60,325 nt of DNA from Acidimicrobiia bacterium (GCA_029210695.1 JARGFH010000021.1:1-60325); one strand, 5' to 3'; shown: positions 30,150 to 40,774, numbered from the stretch's first letter. Notes: a model not told the origin generated them from the sequence alone. Translations and numbers: made by a program.

Positions 30150-31351
30150 GACCGGCCGCGACCCTCGCCGTTGCCGCCGCGCTGGTGCTGGCCGCTTGTA
30201 GCGGCTCAGCCGTTCAATCGACGGTTCCGATGTCAACGACGATTGAGGTCGTCACGTCGACAACGATTGCGCGGTCGGCATCTTCGACTTCGACGACCTT
30301 CGCTCCGTCCCCGCCCGTTCCTGATCAACCGGCACCCGATCCCCTTCCTCCTGCCCCGGACCAGGTTCCGGCGACAGGTTCGACCGGAGTGGCGGTGGTG
30401 GCGGCGGGCGGCGCAACCTTGACCGGCGCCCCGGCGGGTGAGTTCCTGGTGCGGGCCAGGGAGGGACTGGTCATGGCCGTAGAAGGGCGGGAGGGCGACT
30501 GGTTTCGACTGCTGACGCCATGCGACACCGAGGCATGGGTCGAGGGGGGCGAGATCCGCTTTGTGCCTCGAGAGGCAGGCACCGCCGGCTCGATCGAAGG
30601 TGCCGTCATCGTCCTCGACCCCGGCCACGGTGGTCCGAACAGAGGAGCAACGGGCCCCACCGGCCTGGCCGAACCCGAGGTCAATCTCGATATTGCCCGG
30701 CGCGCCCGTGATCTTCTGCAGAGCAGCCACGATGTCGACTGGGTTACCGGGGCGGTCCTCCCCGGTGATGAGTACGGGCCGGCGGCGGCCGTCTGGCTGA
30801 CCCGCACGGAAGGCCCCCCAGGTGCCGACTACGAGGTCGGGCTTACGTTCAGGGCTCGACTAGCGAGTGCGGCCGGAGCGGACGCTTTGATCTCAATCCA
30901 CAACAACGCCGATCCAGATGGTCCCTACGACGGCCCCGGCAGCGAGGCGTTCTACTCCATCCAGGACCCGGAATCGCGGCGGCTGGCCGGGCTCGTCGTA
31001 GAAGAGTTCAGGCACGGGTTCTCGAGGTTTGATGTGGACTGGGTGGGGGACACCGATGCCGGAGCCAAATACCGGTTGAACAGTGCAGGCGACGACTACT
31101 ACGGCGTTGTCAGGTTGTCGGGCGTGCCGGTCGTCATCGCAGAGGGTGCGTTCATCAGCAGTACTCAAGAAGAGGATCTCCTGAGAACGGCGACCTTCCG
31201 TCAGGCCTATGCCGAGGCCGTGTATCGCGCCGTCATCCGGTTCGTTTCGACAGATGATCCGGGGTCGGGATTCAGCGAGCCATACCCGCGTACCATTCCG
31301 GCCGGAAGCGGAGCACCTATGCCATCCTGCCAGGTGCCGGTCCAACCGTAA
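30146..31351 (+). CDS. N-acetylmuramoyl-L-alanine amidase lipoprotein (Amidase_3)
   Basis: LAAC lipobox, DPGHGG, E..NL, SIHNNA, IAE. Confidence 0.9.
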   Translation: MRPAATLAVAAALVLAACSGSAVQSTVPMSTTIEVVTSTTIARSASSTSTTFAPSPPVPDQPAPDPLPPAPDQVPATGSTGVAVVAAGGATLTGAPAGEFLVRAREGLVMAVEGREGDWFRLLTPCDTEAWVEGGEIRFVPREAGTAGSIEGAVIVLDPGHGGPNRGATGPTGLAEPEVNLDIARRARDLLQSSHDVDWVTGAVLPGDEYGPAAAVWLTRTEGPPGADYEVGLTFRARLASAAGADALISIHNNADPDGPYDGPGSEAFYSIQDPESRRLAGLVVEEFRHGFSRFDVDWVGDTDAGAKYRLNSAGDDYYGVVRLSGVPVVIAEGAFISSTQEEDLLRTATFRQAYAEAVYRAVIRFVSTDDPGSGFSEPYPRTIPAGSGAPMPSCQVPVQP

Positions 31352-31411
31352 CGCGAAACAGGGCGCACTCGAGGTGCGCCCTGTTGTCGAATCTGTTCAG
31401 CCGGCCGGCTG

Positions 31412-31702
31412 TTAGCCGTCGAGTTGATCCTTCACCTCATCGACCTTGGTTTCGGCCGATGCGGTTGCGCCTTCAGCGGCCTCGGTTGCCTTCGCAACGG
31501 TGTCGTCGCCCTCGCCGCGCATGTCGTCGATCTTGTCCTCGACCTTGTCCTTCACTTCCTCCGCGAAGTCCTTCGCCTTATCAAATGCGTCTCCGGCCGA
31601 TTCTTTGGCCTTGTCGACCATCGGAGCAGCTTTCTCGCTGAGATCGCCGGCCGTCTCTTTGGCCTTGCCGAACAAACCCTTGAGGGTGTCCATGAAGCTC
31701 AT
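31412..31702 (-). CDS. small hydrophilic stress/LEA-like protein
   Basis: Repeated DKAKE/D units; GGGAAGGA SD. Confidence 0.75.
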   Translation of the reverse strand: MSFMDTLKGLFGKAKETAGDLSEKAAPMVDKAKESAGDAFDKAKDFAEEVKDKVEDKIDDMRGEGDDTVAKATEAAEGATASAETKVDEVKDQLDG

Positions 31703-31806
31703 TCTTTTTCCTTCCCTTGTTGCGTTTTGACAACCCTATTGAACCACACGCTGGGGTTCGCTGCGCTGCCCAGGATCATCGAAGTCGTGCCAGGGTCGGG
31801 CGGCCT

Positions 31807-32619
31807 TCAGTATTTGTACCGGTCGGCGATTCTGCCGTCCGGATCGAGCAAGAAGGCGACGTCTCCACCGTTGTTCCACACCGGGCCGCCAGAGCACCAG
31901 TGCAGCAGACGCCTTTCGTCCGTACCGCACCCGGTCGAGATTCGCAGGGAATCTCCCGGCTCGAGTGACGTCCCGACCGGGAAGGTGAAGCGGTGAACCG
32001 ACTCAGCATCCCTCAGCGACCAACCCGTCAGCAACTGCGTTTCGAGCCCGCCGTTCGTGATCTCTACCCATTCGCCGTTCAAGTTCTCATCATCCGGACC
32101 CGGCGCGTCGGCTTGTACGAAGTCGATCTGGAGATCACTGTGAACTGCGCACGTGCTGTTTGCCCACATGCCCCGTCCGGTCTCCCGAGCGAGGTCCTCC
32201 GCGGCATCGAAATCCCCCTGTCGGGAGGTATTCGGCTCATACGACCGAGCCATGGCGAACCCCCCGGCAACCAGATCCTCGTTGATCAGTGAGCCATCGA
32301 GGTACACGTAGCGGAGCATGCGTCCGTATTGATCCTCGGTCTCGACGTCGGCGACCAGCACCACCGGCCGATCGAACACCAGGGATTCGAGCCTGGCCTT
32401 CGATTCCACGCCGAAACACTCGTCGAGCTCTGGAGCATTGATGCCGATGAGGCGGACCTTCTCCTCGATACCGTCGACCTCTACAACCAGGCTGTCACCG
32501 TCGCCGACGTGGACGACCACCCCGGCTTGCCCGGCCGCAGGCGGACCTGGATCGTTGCCGGCGAGGTCGGCACAGGCGGCGACGAGGAAGACCAGGGGGA
32601 GGAGGAGGAGGCGGCGCAC
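31807..32619 (-). CDS. thermonuclease + lamin-tail-domain lipoprotein
   Basis: VAAC lipobox, DGDS, VRLIGINAPE, DQYGRMLRY; LTD motifs EWVEI...GWSL...WNNGGD. Confidence 0.9.
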   Translation of the reverse strand: MRRLLLLPLVFLVAACADLAGNDPGPPAAGQAGVVVHVGDGDSLVVEVDGIEEKVRLIGINAPELDECFGVESKARLESLVFDRPVVLVADVETEDQYGRMLRYVYLDGSLINEDLVAGGFAMARSYEPNTSRQGDFDAAEDLARETGRGMWANSTCAVHSDLQIDFVQADAPGPDDENLNGEWVEITNGGLETQLLTGWSLRDAESVHRFTFPVGTSLEPGDSLRISTGCGTDERRLLHWCSGGPVWNNGGDVAFLLDPDGRIADRYKY

Positions 32620-32712
32620 CCGGGCATGTTAGGAGCGAGCGGAGGCTGCGGCTCTCGTTGATTTCTGATCCGTGTAACGCATCCGCAGTGGAGGGCGGTT
32701 ACGCTCGATGGC

Positions 32713-33468
32713 ATGACAACTGATGCCCTTGCCTTCCGCTCCGTTGGGAGCGGGCCACTTGCTCTGTTCATTCATGGGTTTCCTATGGACCATCGTCTGT
32801 GGGATCAGGTGACCGCCCACCTGGGCGGCCTGCGCCGATGCGTAGCAATCGATCTGCCGGGGTGCGGTGCTTCGACCGCCGAGGGGGCGGAATCGATCGA
32901 CCAGATCTCTGAGCGAGTTGCCGGGCTCATCGCGTCGCTCGGAGGAGAAGCCGACGTCGTCGGGTATTCCATGGGAGGTTACGTTCTTCTGGCGCTCTAC
33001 GAGCGGCATCCGGAGTTGGTCCGTTCGCTCGTGTTGATGGACACCCGGACTGAGGCAGATTCAGACGAGGGCAGGGCGGGGAGGATGGCCCTCATCGAAC
33101 AGGTCGATGCGACCGGTGTCGGCCGGCTCGCCGACACGTTGGCGGGTGCTTTGCCTTCGCCCGGAGCCGCGCCGTGGGTGAAGAGGCGGATCAGGTCGAT
33201 GGCCCTGGATTCCGCACCAGATGGAGTGATCGCCGCCCTCCGGGCCATGGCGAGCCGCCCGGATCGCACGGAGCTGCTGGCCTCCATTGCAGTTCCTGCG
33301 CTGGTCGTGGTCGGAAGTGAGGACACGCTGACCCCTCCAGACGGAGCTCGCCAGATGGCAACAGCTATTCCCGGGGCCACATTTGCGGAGATCCCGGGGG
33401 CGGGGCACGTTCCCCCGCTGGAACGACCTTCGGCGGTCGTCGAGGCGTTGAAACGATTCTGGAGCTGA
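32713..33468 (+). CDS. alpha/beta hydrolase
   Basis: HGFP, GYSMGG, GSED, GH triad pattern. Confidence 0.92.
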   Translation: MTTDALAFRSVGSGPLALFIHGFPMDHRLWDQVTAHLGGLRRCVAIDLPGCGASTAEGAESIDQISERVAGLIASLGGEADVVGYSMGGYVLLALYERHPELVRSLVLMDTRTEADSDEGRAGRMALIEQVDATGVGRLADTLAGALPSPGAAPWVKRRIRSMALDSAPDGVIAALRAMASRPDRTELLASIAVPALVVVGSEDTLTPPDGARQMATAIPGATFAEIPGAGHVPPLERPSAVVEALKRFWS

Positions 33469-33517
33469 ATAGGTTCTAGGTTCTGAGCCCCTGCAGGATG
33501 GCTGTGTGAGCCGATCA

Positions 33518-34879
33518 CTAGATGCCGGCGGCGGCCGCCACCTTCCGCGCCGCGATGTTGACCGGATCCCACACCCCCGAGAACGGCGGCGAGTACGACA
33601 GGTCCGCCATGGCCAGATCACCGGCCGTCATGCCACCCCATAGGGCAGCAGCCACGGTGTCGATCCGCTTGCCTGCACCGGGTCCACCGATGATCTGCGC
33701 ACCAAGCAGTCTGGTGGTACCGCGCTCTGCCACCATCTTGATCCGCATCGGAGATGACCCCGGCCAGTAATGGGCTGCCGTGCTGCTCCCGACCTCGGCA
33801 GCTGCGTACTTGATTCCGGCCGCTTCTGCTTCGAACTCCGTCAAACCGGTGCGAGCGATCTCGAAGTCGTGGACCTTGGTGATGGCGGTCCCCAGCACAC
33901 CCGGGAAAGTGGCATCGCCCCCGCCGAGGTTGATGCCGGCCACCCGGCCGGCTTTATTGGCGACCGTGCCGAGATGGAGATTGATGGGTTGGCCCGTGAT
34001 GCGATGCATGGCGTCTGCGCAGTCGCCGGCCGACCAGACTCCATCGATGGAGGTGCGCTGTCGCTCGTCGACGGTGACGGCGCCCGACGCGCCGAGCGGG
34101 ATGCCGGCTTCGGCGGCCAGGCGCGTGGCGGGCCGGCTGCCGAGGGCCAGCACGACGATGTCCGCATTGATGCTCTGGTCCGCGCATCCGACCCCGACCA
34201 CCTTGCCGGCGCGACCTTCTAGACATTCCACCTTGTGCTCGGTGATGAGGTCGATGCCCATCTCCTGGATGCGATCACCGACTTTGGCGGCCATGTCGGG
34301 ATCGAAGGTCCGCTCGAGCACGGTCGGCATCATGGTGACGATGGTTGTGTCCAGCCCGAGGGTGTGCATAGCCTCTGCGACCTCGAGGCCGATGTAGCCC
34401 CCGCCCACGACCACTGCCGTGCGGGCACCGCCGGTTGCCACCGCACGAAGTGCGCGTGCGTCGTCGAGTGTCCGCAGTTCGTGCACGCCCTCGAGATCCA
34501 TGCCGTCGATGGGCGGGCGCAGAGATTGCGCGCCGGTCGCGTACAGCAATTGGTCGTAGCCGATCGTCTCCTCAGAGCCGTCCACGTGATTCCGAAACGT
34601 CACCAGTCCCTTGTCGGTGTCGATCCCGGTCGCCTCGTGGCGGATCCTGGCATCGATCGACACCTTCCAGAATTGCTCAGGGGTCCGTACCTGAAGGTCG
34701 TCGAAGTCCTCGACCTCGCCTGAGACGAAGTACGGCTCACCACAGGCCGAATAGCTGACGTAGTTGCCCATTTCGAGCACGATGATCTCGAGATCATCCG
34801 GTCGTTGACGGCGGCGGGCCTGGCTGGCGGCGGACATGCCGGCTGCGTCGCCGCCGATCACTACGAGGCGCTGGGGCAT
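33518..34879 (-). CDS. CoA-disulfide reductase / NADH oxidase-like flavoprotein
   Basis: GGDAAG, SYSACG redox Cys, ATGA, GGGYIGLE, GD, YSPPFS. Confidence 0.9.
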   Translation of the reverse strand: MPQRLVVIGGDAAGMSAASQARRRQRPDDLEIIVLEMGNYVSYSACGEPYFVSGEVEDFDDLQVRTPEQFWKVSIDARIRHEATGIDTDKGLVTFRNHVDGSEETIGYDQLLYATGAQSLRPPIDGMDLEGVHELRTLDDARALRAVATGGARTAVVVGGGYIGLEVAEAMHTLGLDTTIVTMMPTVLERTFDPDMAAKVGDRIQEMGIDLITEHKVECLEGRAGKVVGVGCADQSINADIVVLALGSRPATRLAAEAGIPLGASGAVTVDERQRTSIDGVWSAGDCADAMHRITGQPINLHLGTVANKAGRVAGINLGGGDATFPGVLGTAITKVHDFEIARTGLTEFEAEAAGIKYAAAEVGSSTAAHYWPGSSPMRIKMVAERGTTRLLGAQIIGGPGAGKRIDTVAAALWGGMTAGDLAMADLSYSPPFSGVWDPVNIAARKVAAAAGI

Positions 34880-34889
34880 AACGATCCTT

Positions 34890-35261
34890 TCAGTTAGAGG
34901 AGCGCTCGGATCGGAGTCGCCTGAGCTCCTCTCGTTCGGCGACCAAGCGCCGGTGCCGGCGCCGCCAGAAGAACCCGACCGCCTCATCGATGAGTACGGC
35001 AACGAACACCGTCGCCAGAATGATGGCGACAAGCGGAGCCCGGCCGGTCCAGCCGAGGTAGTTGAGCCGCACGTTCTGCGTGTTTTGGGCCGCCAGGATT
35101 GTGATGGCGGCAATGAGGATCAGACCGGCAATCAGACTCCAGCGTATGCCCGTTCCGTCCTGGCGGAGACCCGGAGGCTCTTTGCCTGTGTGAACCTCCT
35201 CGGGGACCGGCTCTTCTTTGCTCAGGGTGAAGTCATCCCAGTTGTCTGAGTCCTTGCTCAT
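34890..35261 (-). CDS. LapA (DUF1049) family membrane protein
   Basis: AAQNTQNVRLNYLGW between two TM segments, then a basic coiled tail. Confidence 0.8.
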   Translation of the reverse strand: MSKDSDNWDDFTLSKEEPVPEEVHTGKEPPGLRQDGTGIRWSLIAGLILIAAITILAAQNTQNVRLNYLGWTGRAPLVAIILATVFVAVLIDEAVGFFWRRRHRRLVAEREELRRLRSERSSN

Positions 35262-37429
35262 GTTTCGCCCTCCCGGTTATTGCCCAGCAAACGCCGATCC
35301 GCTTCGATCGCCACCCTGCGGCCCTCTTCAACATCAACTCGTTGCAGCAGAACGATACCAACGGCAAAGAAGGCAACCAGACTGAGGACGGCGGGGCGGC
35401 TGTTGCCGAAGACGGCAACAGCTCCGGCGAAAATCACGGGACCGACGATCGATGAGAACTTCGACATGACTGAGAAGAACCCGAAGAACTCGCCGCTGAC
35501 CGACGTCGGCGACATCGATGAGTAGAGGCTGCGGCTGAGGGCCTGGCTCCCACCTTGAACGACGGCTACCAACCAGGCGAGATACCAGAATTCGATTACC
35601 GCGTCGAGGAAGAACCCCCACACGGCAATGAAGGCGTAGGCGATGAGCGCCAGGATGATGGCCCGCTTGGTGGTCATTGCGTCCGCAGCGGCGCCGAACA
35701 ACTGTTTGCCGAACAGGGCAGACAGCGCCAACCCGATGATCTCGACGATCAGCAGGCTCGCCAGGATCGTTCCGAGGTTGCTGGCGCGGATTGGCGGGAG
35801 GACTTCGATTTCCCCGATCGCAATTACGCCTCCGCCGTTTCGGACGGTCAGGGTGTGGGCCCCGGGGGCTCCGGCGTCGATGGTCGTGCGCACTCCGTAC
35901 CGGAGCGTGTCGTTGCCTGCATCGATCTCGACCGGTTCGCCGTCTTCGATCAGAGGGCTTCCATCGACCTCGACCGTCCAGGTCCCGTGGTCGGGTCCTG
36001 CACTGTGGGTGATCTCGACCTGCCGGCCGTTGTATTCGAGTTGCACCGCAGCCGGACCTGAGGCGGTCGAATGGGCGATGGGGTCGGCAGTGGTCAGGAC
36101 AATCAACTGACCGAGTGCTGCGACTAGCAACCCGACGAGTCCGGCGGTTCCAATGCTGATGGCCATCCAGGGTGTTGATTTGGAGCCGGCCCGCTTATGC
36201 CGGCGTGCCACGACCCAGGCCACCACGAGACCCGTGAGGGCTACGGCGAGAACCACCGGAGCAACCGCAGCCGCCGCGTCGCTGATCCCACCTGTTTGCT
36301 CGGCGACGGTGGCGGCGGTGATGGTGCTCCACGCTCCTGATAGCTCCACGGCCGGGTCCGTGATGGCGTAGATCCCTTCGCCGACCATTCCACCGCTCGC
36401 CACAAACGGAGCGGGGGCCGCTCCGACGGTGTCGGCCGGCATCGCCCGTGCACCGATGATGCCCACCAGCGGCAGGGCAACGATGTTGAAAACGATGAAG
36501 GCAAGGTAGATCGCCCGGTTCGGGTCGGCGGACCTCGGTATTCGGCCGAAGACGAGGCTGAAGGGGATGCCGACGAATTGAACGAGCAGGATCGCCAGGA
36601 TCAACTCGGTGGTGCCGAAGCCGAGTTCCGCCCCGTAGATGACCGCCACACCGATGATCGTGCCTATTCCGTCGTTGTAGATGAGGAAAGCGATTAGGTA
36701 CTTGAAGAGTTCCTTGTACCGGCGGAGGTTCTGCAGCGTTTCGCCGAGGCGAGCAAAGCTGACCCGGATGACGGTTTCGCCGGGTCGCAGGTCGCCCCCG
36801 GCAGCCGGCGGCTCGGGGACTCGACGGAGGATTGGAATCGAGAAAACGGCCCACCAGATCGCCACCGACAGGAACGACAGGCGGGCGCCCGTCTCCGACC
36901 CGATGATGAAGATCATCGCAACGTTGACCGCCAGCAGGAGGCCGCCACCTAGGTACCCGATTGCGTAGCCCCGTGCCGACACTGAATCCTGATCTTCGGG
37001 GCGAGCGACGTGTGGAAGGAGGGAGTCGTAGAACACATTGGCGGCCGCGAACCCGACCCGCCCGACTATGAAGAAAACGGAAGCGAGCAACCAGTCACCG
37101 GTGCTGACGAGAACCAGGAGGCCGGTGCCGAGAACGCCAACACCAACGAAGATCGAAAGGAGCTTTTTCTTTCCGCGTATGACATCGGCGATGGTGCCGA
37201 GGACGGGAGAAATCAGGGCAACGATGATCAGCGAGATACTCAGAGTCGTGGTCCAGTAGGCCGTGGCCACGGCTGCGCTTGGCAGCGTCGCACCTGCCAC
37301 TTCGCTGTAGTAGGCCGGGAGCACTGCGGCGAGGATCGTCGTGGCAAACGCCGAGTTGGCCCAGTCGTACATCGTCCAGGCTCGGATACGTCTCTTGTAT
37401 GTCGCTTCGTCGACCGGCTGGGTGCTCAT
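35258..37429 (-). CDS. MFS transporter (UMF1) with a large inserted domain
   Basis: WTMYDWANSAF, FYDSLLP, YNDGIGT, QALSRSLY, GEFFGFF; 723 aa. Confidence 0.9.
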   Translation of the reverse strand: MSTQPVDEATYKRRIRAWTMYDWANSAFATTILAAVLPAYYSEVAGATLPSAAVATAYWTTTLSISLIIVALISPVLGTIADVIRGKKKLLSIFVGVGVLGTGLLVLVSTGDWLLASVFFIVGRVGFAAANVFYDSLLPHVARPEDQDSVSARGYAIGYLGGGLLLAVNVAMIFIIGSETGARLSFLSVAIWWAVFSIPILRRVPEPPAAGGDLRPGETVIRVSFARLGETLQNLRRYKELFKYLIAFLIYNDGIGTIIGVAVIYGAELGFGTTELILAILLVQFVGIPFSLVFGRIPRSADPNRAIYLAFIVFNIVALPLVGIIGARAMPADTVGAAPAPFVASGGMVGEGIYAITDPAVELSGAWSTITAATVAEQTGGISDAAAAVAPVVLAVALTGLVVAWVVARRHKRAGSKSTPWMAISIGTAGLVGLLVAALGQLIVLTTADPIAHSTASGPAAVQLEYNGRQVEITHSAGPDHGTWTVEVDGSPLIEDGEPVEIDAGNDTLRYGVRTTIDAGAPGAHTLTVRNGGGVIAIGEIEVLPPIRASNLGTILASLLIVEIIGLALSALFGKQLFGAAADAMTTKRAIILALIAYAFIAVWGFFLDAVIEFWYLAWLVAVVQGGSQALSRSLYSSMSPTSVSGEFFGFFSVMSKFSSIVGPVIFAGAVAVFGNSRPAVLSLVAFFAVGIVLLQRVDVEEGRRVAIEADRRLLGNNREGET

Positions 37430-37517
37430 CGTTCCCCCGGTTTGCAGGTAATCGTGGTCGTGACTCGCAGGGCAGCGCGTCGCCGCCACCCCTGAGCCGC
37501 CCGACTAGGGCCGGGTC

Positions 37518-38792
37518 TCACACCGCATCCAGCGCTTGGCCGATATCCAGAATCAGATCATCCGGGTGCTCGACGCCGATCGAGATCCGGACCAGCCCTT
37601 CTGTGACACCCAGGCGGTCCTTCTCCTCGCGTTCCACGTCGGCGTGGGTCATGCTGGCCGGGTGCTCTGCCAGTGATTCGGTCCCGCCGAGCGAAACTGC
37701 TAGATGCACCATCTTGAGCGCGTTGAGGAAGCGGAAGGCCGCCGGTTCTCCGCCGGGGATCTCGAAGGCGATCATCGACCCGGAGCCGAGACACTGGCGC
37801 TTGAACAGCTCGAACTGTGGGTGGCCCGCGTCGAGATGGCCGAGGTAGTGGAGATTCGAAACTTTGTCGTGGTCGCGAAGGAACTCGGCGACCCGGGCGG
37901 CATTGGCAGCCTGGCGGGTCATCCGTAGGTTCAACGTCTCGAGGCTGCGGAGGAGGAGCCAGCCCGTCCAGGGGCCGACCATGGTTCCGAGAAATGTGCG
38001 CATCGCCCTCACCGGAGCCATCATCTCTTCCGAGCCGAGGGCGGCTCCGGCGATCAAATCGGAATGCCCCCCGATGAACTTGGTGGCCGAGTAGATGACG
38101 ATGTCTGCTCCGTGGTCCAGCGGCCGCTGGAACACCGGTCCCAGAAAGGTGTTGTCGACGGCGACCGGGACCTTGTGATCGTCTGTCGAGTGCCTGCGGG
38201 CGAGTTCGACCCCCATCGCGATGTCGATCAGGTCGTTGGTGGGGTTGGCCGGTGTCTCGATCAGAATGAGCCCGATCCGCCGACCGGGGGCGTCGCGTGT
38301 GAGGCGAGCTTCGATGGAGTCGATGGTATCCCGGCATTCGAATTCGATCGGCGTGATACCGAACTCCGGGAGCACGAAGTTGGCCAGGTGGTCGGTGCCA
38401 CCATAAATCGGACGGCTGTAGAGGAGCACGTCGCCGGGCCGCAAATATGCCCACATCGTTGTGCTGATCGCCGCCATCCCCGACTTGAAGGCGGCGGCTG
38501 CCTCGGCCCCGTCCCACACCGACAGGCGGTCTTCGAGGATTTCCAGGTCGGGATTGTTGAGGCGGCTGTATATGAGCCCTATACCCTCGCCCTCGTTTGC
38601 TTTGCGCAGACCGTAGGCGACTTCGAAGAAAGCCTTGCCTTCCTCGGCCGTCTTGAATACGAACGTGGAGGTCTGAAAGATCGGGCTCTTGAGCGAACCT
38701 TCCGACCACTCCGGCTTGTACCCGTACCCCAACATGAGGCTTTCAGGGTGCAGCTTTCGACCTTCGATCGAATCGTCCCATTTCGCACACAT
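37518..38792 (-). CDS. methionine gamma-lyase / cystathionine gamma-synthase family protein
   Basis: IYSRLNNP, SGMAA, YGGT, ETPANPT, DNTF, SATKFIGGHSD; CAGGAG SD. Confidence 0.92.
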   Translation of the reverse strand: MCAKWDDSIEGRKLHPESLMLGYGYKPEWSEGSLKSPIFQTSTFVFKTAEEGKAFFEVAYGLRKANEGEGIGLIYSRLNNPDLEILEDRLSVWDGAEAAAAFKSGMAAISTTMWAYLRPGDVLLYSRPIYGGTDHLANFVLPEFGITPIEFECRDTIDSIEARLTRDAPGRRIGLILIETPANPTNDLIDIAMGVELARRHSTDDHKVPVAVDNTFLGPVFQRPLDHGADIVIYSATKFIGGHSDLIAGAALGSEEMMAPVRAMRTFLGTMVGPWTGWLLLRSLETLNLRMTRQAANAARVAEFLRDHDKVSNLHYLGHLDAGHPQFELFKRQCLGSGSMIAFEIPGGEPAAFRFLNALKMVHLAVSLGGTESLAEHPASMTHADVEREEKDRLGVTEGLVRISIGVEHPDDLILDIGQALDAV

Positions 38793-39028
38793 TGGCCGAC
38801 GCTCCTGATGGATGACGTACGTATAGCCTACCGGTTTGGCCGGAGCCGCGGCCGGACCGGTACCCCACAGAGCGTGACATATGACTATGACTACCACTAC
38901 CGTGTTAACTAGCCAATCAGGGACGCGGCTATGAGGTTTTCGGGGCAGAGGTCGAGTGTGGTTGCGCGCTGTGCGCGCGTTTCCGGTATCCCGGGGCTCC
39001 GGCTGCGTTTCCGGGTTTGGACACCGCG

Positions 39029-40774
39029 ATGAACCGTGTGGGAGCGGATTTCCGTCTGCTGCTCGTTGAGGACAGTCGCGCCGATGCGCACCTCGTGCAG
39101 CTGATGCTCGACGGAGCCGAGCCTTCATCGTGGGTCATGACCCACGTGTCGACCCTGGCCGATGCCAGGAGTGCGTTGCGCAACCACCTCTTCGACTGCA
39201 TTCTGCTGGATCTCACCCTCCCCGATGCCGATCGGCTCGAGGGCCTCGAGCAAGTGCGGGCTCTGGCCCCTTCTGTTCCGGTCGTCGTGCTGACCGGCCA
39301 CGATGACGAGGAACTCGCACTCACGGCGTTGCACGAGGGTGCGCAGGACTACCTGATCAAAGGCCAGGTCGACGGAGCTCTCCTCGTTCGTGCGATTCGG
39401 TATTCGGTCGAACGACAGCGAGCGGAACTCGAACTCGCCTTCCAGTCCACCCACGACGTACTCACCGGATTACCGAACCGCATTCTCTTCATCGACCGGC
39501 TCGGGCTCGGACTGGCACGGATGAGGCGCAAGCCATCCATGCTGGCCGTGATGTTCCTCGACATCGATGGATTCAAATTCATCAACGACAGCCTCGGCCA
39601 CGACACAGGGGATGATTTGCTCCGCGCAGTAGCCGAACGTATCCGCGAAGCCCTCCGGCCGGGGGACACGGTTGCGCGGTTTGGCGGCGATGAGTTCACC
39701 ATCCTCTCGGAGGAGATCGGTGATGCGTCCGAGGCCATCCGGATTGCCGACCGGTTGCGGGCAACCCTGCAATCGCCGTTCTTGCTCGACGGACAGGAGT
39801 TCTTCGTGACCGCCTCCATCGGCATCGTGCTGGCCGATGATCCCGACGACCGACCAGAAGATCTGCTCCGCGACGCAGACGCGGCGATGTACCAGGCGAA
39901 GGACCGTGGCAAGGCGCGCTATGAGCTCTTCGATGAGGTGATGCGCGTTCGGGTTGCCCGGCGAATCGAGACCGAAACAGGGCTTCATCGGGCGATCGAG
40001 AATGGTGAGTTCACGCTCCTGTATCAACCCGAGATCGAGCTGACCACGGGTCGGGTGGTCGGAGTAGAGGCCCTCGTGTCGTGGCAACACGCCAGCCGTG
40101 GATTGGTCGGTCCGAGTGAGTTCATTCCTGTTGCCGAGGAGACCGGGTTGATCGTGCCGATCGGGTCGTGGGTTCTCGAAGAAGCCTGCAGGCAGGGAGC
40201 GGCGTGGCGCAGTCGTATGGGTCCCGCCGGCCCGTTCATGATGTCGGTGAACCTCTCCGCCCGGCAACTCCTCCAACCGGGTCTGGCTGCCTTCGTTCAT
40301 TCCACGCTCGAAAGCACCGGCCTGGCTCCGAGTGATCTGGTTCTGGAGGTCACCGAGACGGTTCTGATCGACGATGCAGACCACGCCACCAGAGTCCTCA
40401 ACGAATTGAGGGCCGTGGGGGTGCGGGTCAGCATCGACGACTTCGGAACCGGCTACGCCTCGCTGACCTATCTGCGCCGGCTTCCGGTCGACATCTTGAA
40501 GGTGGATCAAACGTTTGTGAGGGGCCTGGTCGGCGAGGGGGTCGACACCGGAATTGTCCAGACCATCGTCGACCTGGGAGCGCGACTGGGTCTGACCATC
40601 ATTGCCGAGGGCGTCGAGCTCGAGATCCAGGCCGAGTGGCTCAAGAAGCTGGGTTGTCGGATCGCGCAGGGCTTCTACTTCAGCGTGCCGGCTACCGCCG
40701 GCGAACTAGAGGAGAAACTACTGGCGCCCGGCGACATCTCGGAGATGCAATCGCAGGGGAGGCTCGGGTTCTGA
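39029..40774 (+). CDS. REC-GGDEF-EAL c-di-GMP signalling protein
   Basis: LVED...LLD receiver, DVLTGLPNR, GGDEF, EAL, DDFGTGYAS. Confidence 0.95.
   Translation: MNRVGADFRLLLVEDSRADAHLVQLMLDGAEPSSWVMTHVSTLADARSALRNHLFDCILLDLTLPDADRLEGLEQVRALAPSVPVVVLTGHDDEELALTALHEGAQDYLIKGQVDGALLVRAIRYSVERQRAELELAFQSTHDVLTGLPNRILFIDRLGLGLARMRRKPSMLAVMFLDIDGFKFINDSLGHDTGDDLLRAVAERIREALRPGDTVARFGGDEFTILSEEIGDASEAIRIADRLRATLQSPFLLDGQEFFVTASIGIVLADDPDDRPEDLLRDADAAMYQAKDRGKARYELFDEVMRVRVARRIETETGLHRAIENGEFTLLYQPEIELTTGRVVGVEALVSWQHASRGLVGPSEFIPVAEETGLIVPIGSWVLEEACRQGAAWRSRMGPAGPFMMSVNLSARQLLQPGLAAFVHSTLESTGLAPSDLVLEVTETVLIDDADHATRVLNELRAVGVRVSIDDFGTGYASLTYLRRLPVDILKVDQTFVRGLVGEGVDTGIVQTIVDLGARLGLTIIAEGVELEIQAEWLKKLGCRIAQGFYFSVPATAGELEEKLLAPGDISEMQSQGRLGF

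Noticed and set aside
38793..39128. N-terminal extension of the 536-aa MGL-like ORF
   Set aside because: Low-complexity read-through that overlaps the divergent gene; an SD supports the start at 38792
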